Sequence record: OR805295.1
Strand: one strand, 5' to 3'
Length of the DNA stretch: 64,000 nt
Under the pieces are notes generated by a model. The model searched no databases. It had not been told where the DNA came from and saw only the letters and a program-made list of their open reading frames with translations. The stretch's first letter is position 1, and each line of letters opens with the position of its first letter. The position numbers were made by a program, and so were the translations under genes. Below, one piece after another: positions 45,063 to 53,617 of this stretch.

Positions 45063-46816
45063 TGTTAAAATTTAAATCTATATCAATGCGAAATTTTATG
45101 TCTGTCGGTAATAATACACAGACTATATTGCTAGACGAAAACGATCTAACATTAGTTTTAGGAGAAAATTTAGATCTCGGTGGCAATGACAGTAAAAACG
45201 GAACCGGTAAGACTGCAAAATTAAATGCACTTTCATACGCACTCTTTGGTACAGCATTAACTAATATAAGAAAAGAAAATCTAATTAATAAAACAAATGA
45301 AAAAAATATGTATGTTAAATTAGAATTTTCGTTGAATAATAAAGAATACAAAATAGAAAGGGGAAGAAAACCCAATATATTTAAAGTTATAATCAACAAC
45401 AAAGAATTAGAAACAGACGAAACTGACGAAGCGCAAGGCGACAGCAGACAAACACAACTTGCATTAGAAAAGGAATTAGGTTTTAGTCATAATATGTTTA
45501 AAAACATAATTGCACTAAACACTTATTCCACTCCTTTTCTCTCTATGAAAACTACCGAACAAAGAGAATTAATAGAACAACTGCTAGGCATAACTAAACT
45601 AAGTGAAAAAGCAGATATTCTAAAAAATTTAGTTAAAGATACTAAAGATAGAATTAAAGAAGAAGAATTTAGAATTAAAGCAATCCAAGAAGCAAATAAA
45701 AGCATAGAACAAAACATTGCTTCTATGGAACTTAGAAGCAAAGCCTGGGATAAAAGACATTTAGATACTTTACAAGAATACAGAGAATCGCTAGAGCATC
45801 TAAATAAAATAGATATAGATACTGAAATAGAAATGCATAAAGTTTTAAAAGAGATTTCTATTAAAGAAAGAGAAAAAAATGATATTTTAAAAGAATATAA
45901 TATTGTAGAACGAGAAATACAGTCATTATCTACAACAGTATCTCACCTTTCGTCACAATTACTAAAAACTACAGAACACAACGAATGTCCTACATGCGGA
46001 CAAGAATTAAATGATAGTCATACTTCATTAACTGAATCTTTAAAATTAAAGTTAGAATCTGCAACTAATTCACTTAAAGAAAAAGAAAATGAAAAAGAAT
46101 TAATTTTAAATACATTGAATTCTATTTTTATACCGGAAAAACCATCTACGTTTTATTCGTCTTTAGATGATGTTTATAATCATAAAACTATGATTAATAC
46201 ACTAGAGCATTCTATAGAAAAAGAAGAAATGCTAACTAACCCTCACGTAGAAAATGTTTCTATTTTACGGGATAGTATAAAACCAGTGGATTTCGAAACT
46301 ATTAATACGTTAGTTTCGCTGCGAGATCATCAAGAATTTTTATTAAAACTACTAACTTCAAAAGACAGTTTTATAAGAAAAAAGATTATAGATCAAAATT
46401 TATCTTATCTAAATACAAGACTTGCACACTACTTAATAAAAATAGGATTGCCACATGAAGTAAAATTTATGTCTGACCTAGAAGTTCAGATTACAGAACA
46501 CGGCAGAGAATTAGATTTTGATAATTTAAGTAGAGGTGAACGCACCCGTTTAATTCTTTCACTAAGTTGGGCATTCAGGGATGTATTTGAAAGTCTTAAC
46601 TATAAAATAAATCTGCTGTATATAGACGAATTAATAGACAATGGATTAGATACCAGAGGTGTAGAATCTGCTTTAAGCATTCTAAAACAAATGTCAAGGG
46701 ATTCTAGCAGAAAAGTATTTTTAGTGTCACACAGAGAAGAATTAATTGGACGAGTTGATGTTCAACTAAAAGCAGTAAAAGAAGGTGGATTTACTTCCTA
46801 TACAATTGAAGGATAA
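45062..46816 (+). CDS. gp46: recombination ATPase subunit (Rad50/SbcC-like)
   Basis: GTGKT Walker A, CPTC zinc hook, LSRGE signature, YIDE Walker B, VSH. Confidence 0.95.
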   Translation: MLKFKSISMRNFMSVGNNTQTILLDENDLTLVLGENLDLGGNDSKNGTGKTAKLNALSYALFGTALTNIRKENLINKTNEKNMYVKLEFSLNNKEYKIERGRKPNIFKVIINNKELETDETDEAQGDSRQTQLALEKELGFSHNMFKNIIALNTYSTPFLSMKTTEQRELIEQLLGITKLSEKADILKNLVKDTKDRIKEEEFRIKAIQEANKSIEQNIASMELRSKAWDKRHLDTLQEYRESLEHLNKIDIDTEIEMHKVLKEISIKEREKNDILKEYNIVEREIQSLSTTVSHLSSQLLKTTEHNECPTCGQELNDSHTSLTESLKLKLESATNSLKEKENEKELILNTLNSIFIPEKPSTFYSSLDDVYNHKTMINTLEHSIEKEEMLTNPHVENVSILRDSIKPVDFETINTLVSLRDHQEFLLKLLTSKDSFIRKKIIDQNLSYLNTRLAHYLIKIGLPHEVKFMSDLEVQITEHGRELDFDNLSRGERTRLILSLSWAFRDVFESLNYKINLLYIDELIDNGLDTRGVESALSILKQMSRDSSRKVFLVSHREELIGRVDVQLKAVKEGGFTSYTIEG

Positions 46817-46847
46817 TAAAAAAGAGGCTTAAGCCTCTTTTTTATTA
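46814..46847. terminator. perfect 34-bp palindrome, bidirectional terminator
   Basis: TAATAAAAAAGAGGCTTAAGCCTCTTTTTTATTA contains both convergent stop codons. Confidence 0.85.
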
Positions 46848-47578
46848 GTTTCTATTTTTGCTTTATCTAGTTGCTGTTTACTAATATATTTCGCATTAAT
46901 TGTTATATTTTTGTTATCTTTTGCTTTAGTTAACCTATGAGCACCGTCTATTACATATAGTTTACCGTTGTCTTTATACACTATTATAGGGATGCTCACA
47001 TCGGCAGCTTTTACTCTCGACGGCGCTAATTTGGTATATCGTAATATCCATGTTAAGTCTTTTATTTTAACACTTTCTACAGGAGCATGCTCTGTACTTC
47101 TAAAAATATCATCTAATCTATATTCATTACCATTATGCGTTAATGTACTATGTTTACCTTCTGTATAAGATTCAGAAATAGTATTAATGTTGTTGCCTAT
47201 GTTAGATATTCTTGTTAAACTAGATTCAGTATCAGAAGCTATTATGTCTCTACTATCTCCTGATCCTTTAAAATCGTAAACAATTATTCTTACTACATTA
47301 GGGAATATAGAAGATTTATTTACTTTAAGTCTTTTTATACGGTTACCCTGGGTGTCGTATAATGTTTCGTCAATTATATTAATATTAAAAGATTTTGCTA
47401 AATCCTTTGCAGTAATACCTACCTCTGCGGGCGATTCTTTAGAATATCTAGCCCTATTATCTATTACTAACTCGGTATTGTTAAAAAATGGATATTTATT
47501 CAATACATTGTTTAGTATTTTTTTAAATTTTGTATCTATAGGCTTAAACGGTAAAATCTCACCTTCTATAAATCTCAT
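46829..47578 (-). CDS. protein with C-terminal ParB/sulfiredoxin-like domain
   Basis: PIIVYKDNGKLYVIDGAHRL. Confidence 0.8.
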   Translation of the reverse strand: MRFIEGEILPFKPIDTKFKKILNNVLNKYPFFNNTELVIDNRARYSKESPAEVGITAKDLAKSFNINIIDETLYDTQGNRIKRLKVNKSSIFPNVVRIIVYDFKGSGDSRDIIASDTESSLTRISNIGNNINTISESYTEGKHSTLTHNGNEYRLDDIFRSTEHAPVESVKIKDLTWILRYTKLAPSRVKAADVSIPIIVYKDNGKLYVIDGAHRLTKAKDNKNITINAKYISKQQLDKAKIETNKKEA

Positions 47579-47580
47579 TA

Positions 47581-48078
47581 TTATTTACTCAGCTGTTTTA
47601 CTTTCTCTTTATTCTCTTCTGTCCAGAAATTATTCCAACTACAGAATACCCAACCCTTATAATCTATACTATTATTTACTTTAATACCGGTTTTTTCTTC
47701 AAATACTACCCATTTGCCTTGCCGCGTTATTTTTATAAAAATAATATTAAAATCACCCTCGCTAGCAGTATCGCGTACCTGTGATATCCATGTATCTAAC
47801 TGTTTGCACTCTCCTTCGAACAACGAAGTAAATGAAAATTTTGCATACGATTTACATTCAGAATTAAAATGTTCCCATGTATCCGGAGGGAAAATATCAC
47901 CTTTATAGGATTTGATTTGATTATTACCTAGTGATGTTTTTCTGACAGAATTTTGTCCTCCTATAAAGGCACCTGAATGTGCTGTTCTGGTAAAGGGTTC
48001 GTTGTAAAATGAGGTAAGATCTTTTGCTACATCTCGTTCCCAGCTACTACCTTTAATTTTACTTTTCGATCCAGACAT
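47581..48078 (-). CDS. Holliday junction resolvase, PD-(D/E)XK type
   Basis: SKIKGSSWERDVAK, SGAFIGG, GDI and ECKSY motifs. Confidence 0.85.
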   Translation of the reverse strand: MSGSKSKIKGSSWERDVAKDLTSFYNEPFTRTAHSGAFIGGQNSVRKTSLGNNQIKSYKGDIFPPDTWEHFNSECKSYAKFSFTSLFEGECKQLDTWISQVRDTASEGDFNIIFIKITRQGKWVVFEEKTGIKVNNSIDYKGWVFCSWNNFWTEENKEKVKQLSK

Positions 48079-48152
48079 GTTTTGTTAACCTTTTATATAC
48101 CTGTTAAATTTTACATTATTTAGTTAATTTTATACCCATATAATACTGTCGA

Positions 48153-48160
48153 GATAAATA
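48153..48160 (+). promoter_or_regulatory. late promoter GATAAATA upstream of large ncRNA candidate
   Basis: No ORF downstream for 1.4 kb. Confidence 0.6.
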
Positions 48161-48209
48161 TGTGTGTAGATAACTTATAGCATTATTTTTAACGATTTTA
48201 GTACAATGG

Positions 48210-48238
48210 TTGACAGTATTAATGTCGTATGCTATAAT
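48210..48238 (+). promoter_or_regulatory. consensus sigma70 promoter
   Basis: TTGACA-17-TATAAT with extended TG; no ORF downstream. Confidence 0.9.
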
Positions 48239-48243
48239 CCGCA

Positions 48244-49146
48244 ACATAATAAAACTAAAGGACGTATGTAACAAAACAGACGTTCTCCTAAGTGTTTTAA
48301 AGTTTTTGCTTAGGAAGACCCAGTTGTATGTTTAAAGGGTGAACGGTAACGGGCATTCTTGTTTAAGACTAGTTCTTATGAAGACATTGGCAACTAACAT
48401 AGCAGCTTTGTTCCATCATTGGATATTGGTAGTAGAAACTATCCCCATCGTGCCTTTACTGTAGTACCGTTAGAGACGGAGATAACGCAGGAAAAAAGGT
48501 TATTTAAATTATGATTTTGGGTGCTGCAGAACACTTTCGTAAACAAAAGGAATATAGTTTACGTATACACAACGGGAACGGGAAAAAGCTTTTTAAGCAA
48601 AAACGAGTCCCTGGTAATTGGTGTTTAACGGGAGTGACGTCCCAAATGTTATTCATTGATTAACACTGTAAGAAGGTTGTAAGGGTTATTGTGTTCGAAG
48701 TGGTTTACACAACTGTTCTTCCTACATTTATGTACAGAAGTGTAAACGAAAGGATGTTGCTCTGGTAGAAAAAGATCAACGTACTTTATGACACTATCCT
48801 TGTGACATATGTACTTGTACCAACAACAGCCGCAGGTTACGGATATGGTATTACAAACTGTACTGCGGTTCCGGGAGTTGAAAGTGGATGTTAGCTTAGG
48901 TGGCTGTTTGCTTAATTATAATGTTTAATTTAGGCAATATAAGCGTCGGGTGAGGCTTTCGTAGGTTGCGTGTTTATGCTACGGTGTAAATGGGCTAGAC
49001 TACTGGCGCATACATGAGTATTGTAGGATTGGCGCTTTAATAAAGAAATTTGTTAAAGTTTGAGTTTAGCTCCCCGCTCATTAGCAATAAACGTTGCTAG
49101 TCGATAGTATACCCACGCCTAAATAATGCCGTCATTGTTTAGTTTT
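48244..49146 (+). ncRNA. candidate large structured non-coding RNA, about 900 nt
   Basis: Consensus promoter; 5' AAAACTAAA(48251)..GACG pairs with 3' CGTC..TTTAGTTTT(49146); more than 15 internal helices; GC about 42-45 percent in two sampled lines; no ORF of 60 aa or more. Confidence 0.75.
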
Positions 49147-49154
49147 TTTAAAAA

Positions 49155-49439
49155 ATATAATTGTCAATTATATGTCGTACGCATCTACCCCGAAAAGGGG
49201 TAGATGTTTATGACTTTCGTTTACACTCATGTCATAATCAGTACACGCCATTTTAGGCCATTCTACATCAATACACTGCTTCTAGCAGTGTATTGGACAT
49301 ACAAAATAATCTTAAATTATATCAAATTTGTTTAATTACTTTAATTTTGTTACTTTAGTAACTTGTATTTTGTTTATATGAGTTGTAGTTTACGAAAACG
49401 AATATAAACAAAATACATATGTGAACTGTAGTTCACATA
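49155..49439. repeat. cluster of seven inverted repeats
   Basis: Stems at 49155-49173, 49182-49206, 49208-49237, 49269-49295, 49349-49362, 49364-49417 (16 bp) and 49418-49439. Confidence 0.9.
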
Positions 49440-49551
49440 CTTACTAACGTTGTATATTACGGTAATTCTATAAAATATCTCTATATAATTATAAACGTTT
49501 TATGGCATACTACGACTAAACGAAATTGAAAATTAACTAGAGATTTAATTA

Positions 49552-49559
49552 GATAAATA
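49552..49559 (+). promoter_or_regulatory. late promoter GATAAATA
   Basis: Upstream of 49592. Confidence 0.65.
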
Positions 49560-49591
49560 ATATTGTAAAAATTGTATAGAGGTATACATCA

Positions 49592-50044
49592 ATGAACGAT
49601 TACACACATTACACAGAGGAAGATTTCATATTTTTAGCATATGATTTAAATACTCAGCTTATAAATGATGGATATCCTGACGCTGCTGTAAAATTTATTA
49701 CTAATCAGTTTATTTTAGAGCATAGACATCCTGACGAAATAAAACGTTGTATAGGATGTAATTCTAAAATGTATGAAGATGTTATTGCTACTAAGAGAAA
49801 TTTATCTGGTAAATCGCATTGCAGACATTGCGAATCGAAACTTAGTATGTATAAGGAAGTTGTTAAGGAAGTAGCAAATACAACACAAATACTTCGCATA
49901 CCAGAAAAACATTTAAATTCAGTTAAACGATTAATTAGAATATATAATGAGCAAAACAAAACTGGTGCATATCAGAGTATATTAGTTAAAACAAAGAAAC
50001 TTAACACAGGAGTTTCTAAAAAGTCAAAAAGAAAGGGACGTTAA
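49592..50044 (+). CDS. hypothetical protein with CxxC...CxxC zinc finger and basic tail
   Basis: CIGC...CRHC; GAGG RBS. Confidence 0.85.
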   Translation: MNDYTHYTEEDFIFLAYDLNTQLINDGYPDAAVKFITNQFILEHRHPDEIKRCIGCNSKMYEDVIATKRNLSGKSHCRHCESKLSMYKEVVKEVANTTQILRIPEKHLNSVKRLIRIYNEQNKTGAYQSILVKTKKLNTGVSKKSKRKGR

Positions 50045-50060
50045 TTGTCCCTTTCTTTTT
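50026..50060. terminator. bidirectional terminator
   Basis: AAAAAGAAAGGGAC-GTTAATT-GTCCCTTTCTTTTT. Confidence 0.85.
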
Positions 50061-50286
50061 ATAGGAAGCTTCTACCTGTTTCTGCTTCAATTTTTTGTTT
50101 AATAAATTCTCCTAAACGTACCCGCTCTTGATATGATAAAGACCAAGCAGTGTGCCAGTCAAATCCATTAATTTTATCACATATTTGGACTATTTCGCCT
50201 TCTAATCCCAGTGATTCTTGTTCATATTCTTGTATAACGTTCCTAATATCATCTGGGGTTCCCGATACTAGGATTCTCTGAAAAAA
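50059..50286 (-). CDS. start-less ORF (gp51-like) reached by predicted -1 frameshift from gp26-like gene
   Basis: 73 codons QRILVSGTPDDIRNVIQEYEQE...WHTAWSLSYQERVRLGEFIKQKIEAETGRSFL; no in-frame ATG/GTG/TTG; T TTT TTC slip site. Confidence 0.75.
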   Translation of the reverse strand, partial: FFQRILVSGTPDDIRNVIQEYEQESLGLEGEIVQICDKINGFDWHTAWSLSYQERVRLGEFIKQKIEAETGRSFL

Positions 50287-51122
50287 CTTACTGGATTAAA
50301 ATCTACAGGTACTACAAAACTTTTATTACAGTTGTCACATACTGCATCAAAGTCGCCATTAACTCCTACTTGATTTATTTCTTTTAAAAGACTATCTATT
50401 TTATTAACATCTGCTCTATCTATATTTGCTATAAATTCTTTTATATCAGCCAGTGTCTGAGGAGTATTATTAACTATATCTATACCGTTAGTTTCATCTA
50501 CAATACGAACTATTGTTTTTGCAATTAATTCGAAATTTAATGATGACAGTTCATTTATTGTGTTAGAAAATGCAGAAAGTTTTTCTTCATCTGAATACAT
50601 ATCGCTTTGCATTATTCTAATAAATTTTGCTTGTTCTAATGCAGTTTTTGCAACTGTCATATTATCTGAAAAATCATATGGTCTAATAAATATAGATAGA
50701 CCGTTATCGAGGTTCACGACGTATTGATCTTCTAAATAAGTGGACGTATTAATAACATTTAATAAGTCTATTCCATATAAATTTTTATGATTACAATGCG
50801 GGCACGTAGAAGAAATATCTATTGTGTTACCGTATGATGCTGCTTTTATAGCAACACATATCATATGAATGTCATTAATTAAGAGTTTATTTACATCTTT
50901 AATTCCCGGTACACAACTCTTAATTACTTCTTTTAAGCCTTCACCGTTCACTAATGCATCAGGATTTTTTATTAATACTTCATCTTTTCCTGTCATAGCA
51001 TATACCCCTAGTTCTCCGGAATCGGTGTATTCTACAACATTTGATGGATAAAATGAATTTCCGCTGGGCAAACGAATATAAGATTTGAATGTTCTGTAAT
51101 ATTGATGTAATTTGTTGCTCAT
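50268..51122 (-). CDS. gp26: baseplate hub assembly protein / chaperone, T4 gp26-like
   Basis: YIRLPS...VYAMTGKDE...KNPDAL..G; D...I.VAIKAASYG; CPHC and CxxC. Confidence 0.85.
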   Translation of the reverse strand: MSNKLHQYYRTFKSYIRLPSGNSFYPSNVVEYTDSGELGVYAMTGKDEVLIKNPDALVNGEGLKEVIKSCVPGIKDVNKLLINDIHMICVAIKAASYGNTIDISSTCPHCNHKNLYGIDLLNVINTSTYLEDQYVVNLDNGLSIFIRPYDFSDNMTVAKTALEQAKFIRIMQSDMYSDEEKLSAFSNTINELSSLNFELIAKTIVRIVDETNGIDIVNNTPQTLADIKEFIANIDRADVNKIDSLLKEINQVGVNGDFDAVCDNCNKSFVVPVDFNPVSFFRES

Positions 51123-51141
51123 AATGTGTATATGCTCTTTT

Positions 51142-51169
51142 GATAAATATGCTATATACCGTATTTATC
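51142..51169. promoter_or_regulatory. back-to-back late promoters GATAAATA (+ 51142-51149; - 51162-51169)
   Basis: Between divergent gp26-like and tape-measure genes. Confidence 0.75.
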
Positions 51170-51191
51170 ATAGCATTTTATAGAGGTTCTT

Positions 51192-53588
51192 GTGGCAGAA
51201 GATATTAGAATTGTTGGCGTTGATCCTAGTGTCCCTGGCTGGGCTCGAGAAGAAACTCTTAATAAAATAGTATCTGAGTTAAAAAAACTCAATGGATCTA
51301 ATACAAGAGAAAACGACGAACTAAAAGATGCAGTAGATGAACTAGTTAGGGTAACCCGTAGATCTAACGAAGATACATCTAGAACAGATAATAACACTGA
51401 AATAAAAGAAGCATTAAATAGATTATCTTCTTCGTTAAAACAACAGAAAAAATCTGATAATTCTTTATCTGCAAAGCAAGGGGGAAACAAACCTCCCGTA
51501 TTGCCGCCTGACAATAAGAAATCTAAATTAGATACAGATACTATAGGCGCATTTATTACTGCCGTCGGTACTGCTTCAAAGGCAGTAGCAAAATTTACTT
51601 TAAGTATGGCATCTTTTGCAGTTGGCGGAAGTATATATGCTGCATTAAAGCAAGCTGCATCGTCGCAACTTACTTTATCTAGAGATTTATATAAATCAGG
51701 TTGGAACTTCGGAACGGTATTAGACGATGCATCTGGTATTATTAAATCTACCAACTTAGACGGTATTTCGTATGCCATAAAAGGTTTAGGTATAAATTCA
51801 TCTGCACTATCTGAAGTATTAAAAGGCAATGAATTAGCAATACAAAAATACGGAATAAAATCGTTTGTAGATTTGTCTTCTAGCTTAAAAAGACAAGGCA
51901 ATAGCTTAGGTATGTCTTTAAAAGAAACAGCAGATTATGTAGGAGAATATTTAGAATCTCAACGTTTAATGGGTACATTTGATAAAATGCGCCAAGTAAA
52001 CATGACTGCCCTTGCATCTAAAGCACTTAAAGATACCCAAGCATTTGCTACTGCGTTAAGAATGTCTACAGAAGACCTACAGGCAAAAATGAATGAAAGT
52101 TTAAAAGATGTAGACTTTCGTGTAGCAATAGAATCAGTTAACGCAAATTCTAAAGAAGCCGCTGCCCAAATTTATGCTGCTTTGCCAGAACAATTGCAAA
52201 CTATGTTTAAGGTAGCTCTTAAAGATACTCCGTCTTTTATGGCATCTAAAGAATACGCCGATTTGATAAAATCCGGGCAAGGAGAATTAGCTAGACAAAT
52301 AATTGCAGTATCATCTGGACTGAAATCTGGTAATATAACTAACGGTCAGGCAGATGATGCAATGAAACGACTTATAAAATCTACTAGTTTTGCAGAAAGT
52401 ACAATGCGTAGACTTGCTATGCTAGATGCTCGTGGACTAATAGATAGTAATGTTGCTGCTGCTGCGTATGGATTAAAAGACCTTAGAGATAAAATGGATG
52501 GTCATTATGAAGGAATCCAAAATACAGAAGCTACAAATTTAGCAAAAGTTGAAGATGTAAGAAATAGAGCATTAGCTGTATTAGATACGTTTGTATCATC
52601 TATAATGAGAGCAGGATTCGAATCTGACGAATTTGCTAAATTATTAGATAATGCAAATGAAATGTTAAAAACAATTCATAATACAGCAGAAGACTTAGGT
52701 AAACAATTAGGTCCGGAATTATTTAAATTTGTTAACAATGCTATGGAATATCTAAATGGTTTATTTAGTAAAGATGTAGCAGGAAATATAAATGTAAATT
52801 ATTCTAAAATAATAGGAGATATTTTAACAAGTTCCGGTGCTGCTATAGTAGTTGGCGTTCTTGCTATTATGACTACATTTAAAGGTGTTGTTATTTCTTC
52901 GTTATCGTCGTGGCTTAAAGGTGCATCAGGACCTATGTCATCATTAGGTGGCACAGTAAAAACTATAGCAGGAAGATTAGGGGCATTTGCAGCACTAGCA
53001 GTATCGTTTACGAATGGAATAGGTAGATTAAGTCAATCAATTTCAGAAGGCGGCGATGCAATAGAATCTGCATTGAATTTTTTATCGGGCGCAGGCGAAG
53101 GTATAATAGATCCTGTGTTTAAATCCCTTACATGGGCAGCTAACAAATTAGGTATAGTATCTGATGAAGCAGCAGATGGATTTAGTAAATACATCAGTGA
53201 TACTAATTTGCAACAGTTCTTGGGTCTACAAGATATACCTATAAAAGTAGAAACTACTAATAAACCTGCATATACACCGCCTGGACCTACTGCTACTAAA
53301 ACATCTGCATACGGTAAAATAGAAACTCCGAAAGCTCCTGCTATAATTCCTACAGCTCAGCCAGATGTAGCAGATGCAGCAAAACAAAGTCCTACTCCTG
53401 TAGATCCTACTAGCAATATAAAGCCTATAGAAAATACAGGAATGAGTTCTCAAGACATGCTAAATAGAAGTACAGATAAACTTATACGTTTACAAGAAGA
53501 ACAAATACGACAGTTACAAGAGCTTGTAGATATTCAGCGCAGAGCATTAGCTGCTACTAGAGAAACTGGATTTACAAGAACTAGGTAA
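51192..53588 (+). CDS. probable tape measure protein, 798 aa
   Basis: Long helical Ala/Leu/Ser/Gly-rich protein with Pro-rich C-terminus next to gp26-like gene; no diagnostic motif. Confidence 0.7.
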   Translation: MAEDIRIVGVDPSVPGWAREETLNKIVSELKKLNGSNTRENDELKDAVDELVRVTRRSNEDTSRTDNNTEIKEALNRLSSSLKQQKKSDNSLSAKQGGNKPPVLPPDNKKSKLDTDTIGAFITAVGTASKAVAKFTLSMASFAVGGSIYAALKQAASSQLTLSRDLYKSGWNFGTVLDDASGIIKSTNLDGISYAIKGLGINSSALSEVLKGNELAIQKYGIKSFVDLSSSLKRQGNSLGMSLKETADYVGEYLESQRLMGTFDKMRQVNMTALASKALKDTQAFATALRMSTEDLQAKMNESLKDVDFRVAIESVNANSKEAAAQIYAALPEQLQTMFKVALKDTPSFMASKEYADLIKSGQGELARQIIAVSSGLKSGNITNGQADDAMKRLIKSTSFAESTMRRLAMLDARGLIDSNVAAAAYGLKDLRDKMDGHYEGIQNTEATNLAKVEDVRNRALAVLDTFVSSIMRAGFESDEFAKLLDNANEMLKTIHNTAEDLGKQLGPELFKFVNNAMEYLNGLFSKDVAGNINVNYSKIIGDILTSSGAAIVVGVLAIMTTFKGVVISSLSSWLKGASGPMSSLGGTVKTIAGRLGAFAALAVSFTNGIGRLSQSISEGGDAIESALNFLSGAGEGIIDPVFKSLTWAANKLGIVSDEAADGFSKYISDTNLQQFLGLQDIPIKVETTNKPAYTPPGPTATKTSAYGKIETPKAPAIIPTAQPDVADAAKQSPTPVDPTSNIKPIENTGMSSQDMLNRSTDKLIRLQEEQIRQLQELVDIQRRALAATRETGFTRTR

Positions 53589-53617
53589 TAAACACAATAT
53601 ATATTGAGATAGAGTAC

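Noticed and set aside
48244-49146. tRNA cluster, tmRNA, RNase P RNA or group I/II intron as the explanation of the gap
   Set aside because: No T-loop GTTCRA plus CCA cloverleaf, no tmRNA termini, no GAGGAAAGTCC, no group II domain V, and no interrupted host gene. The lone TAGACTA at about 48996 is too short to call a group I core.
51152-51901. 249-aa minus-strand ORF
   Set aside because: Antisense to the tape-measure candidate, with a shadow-type composition rich in Ser/Phe/Leu.
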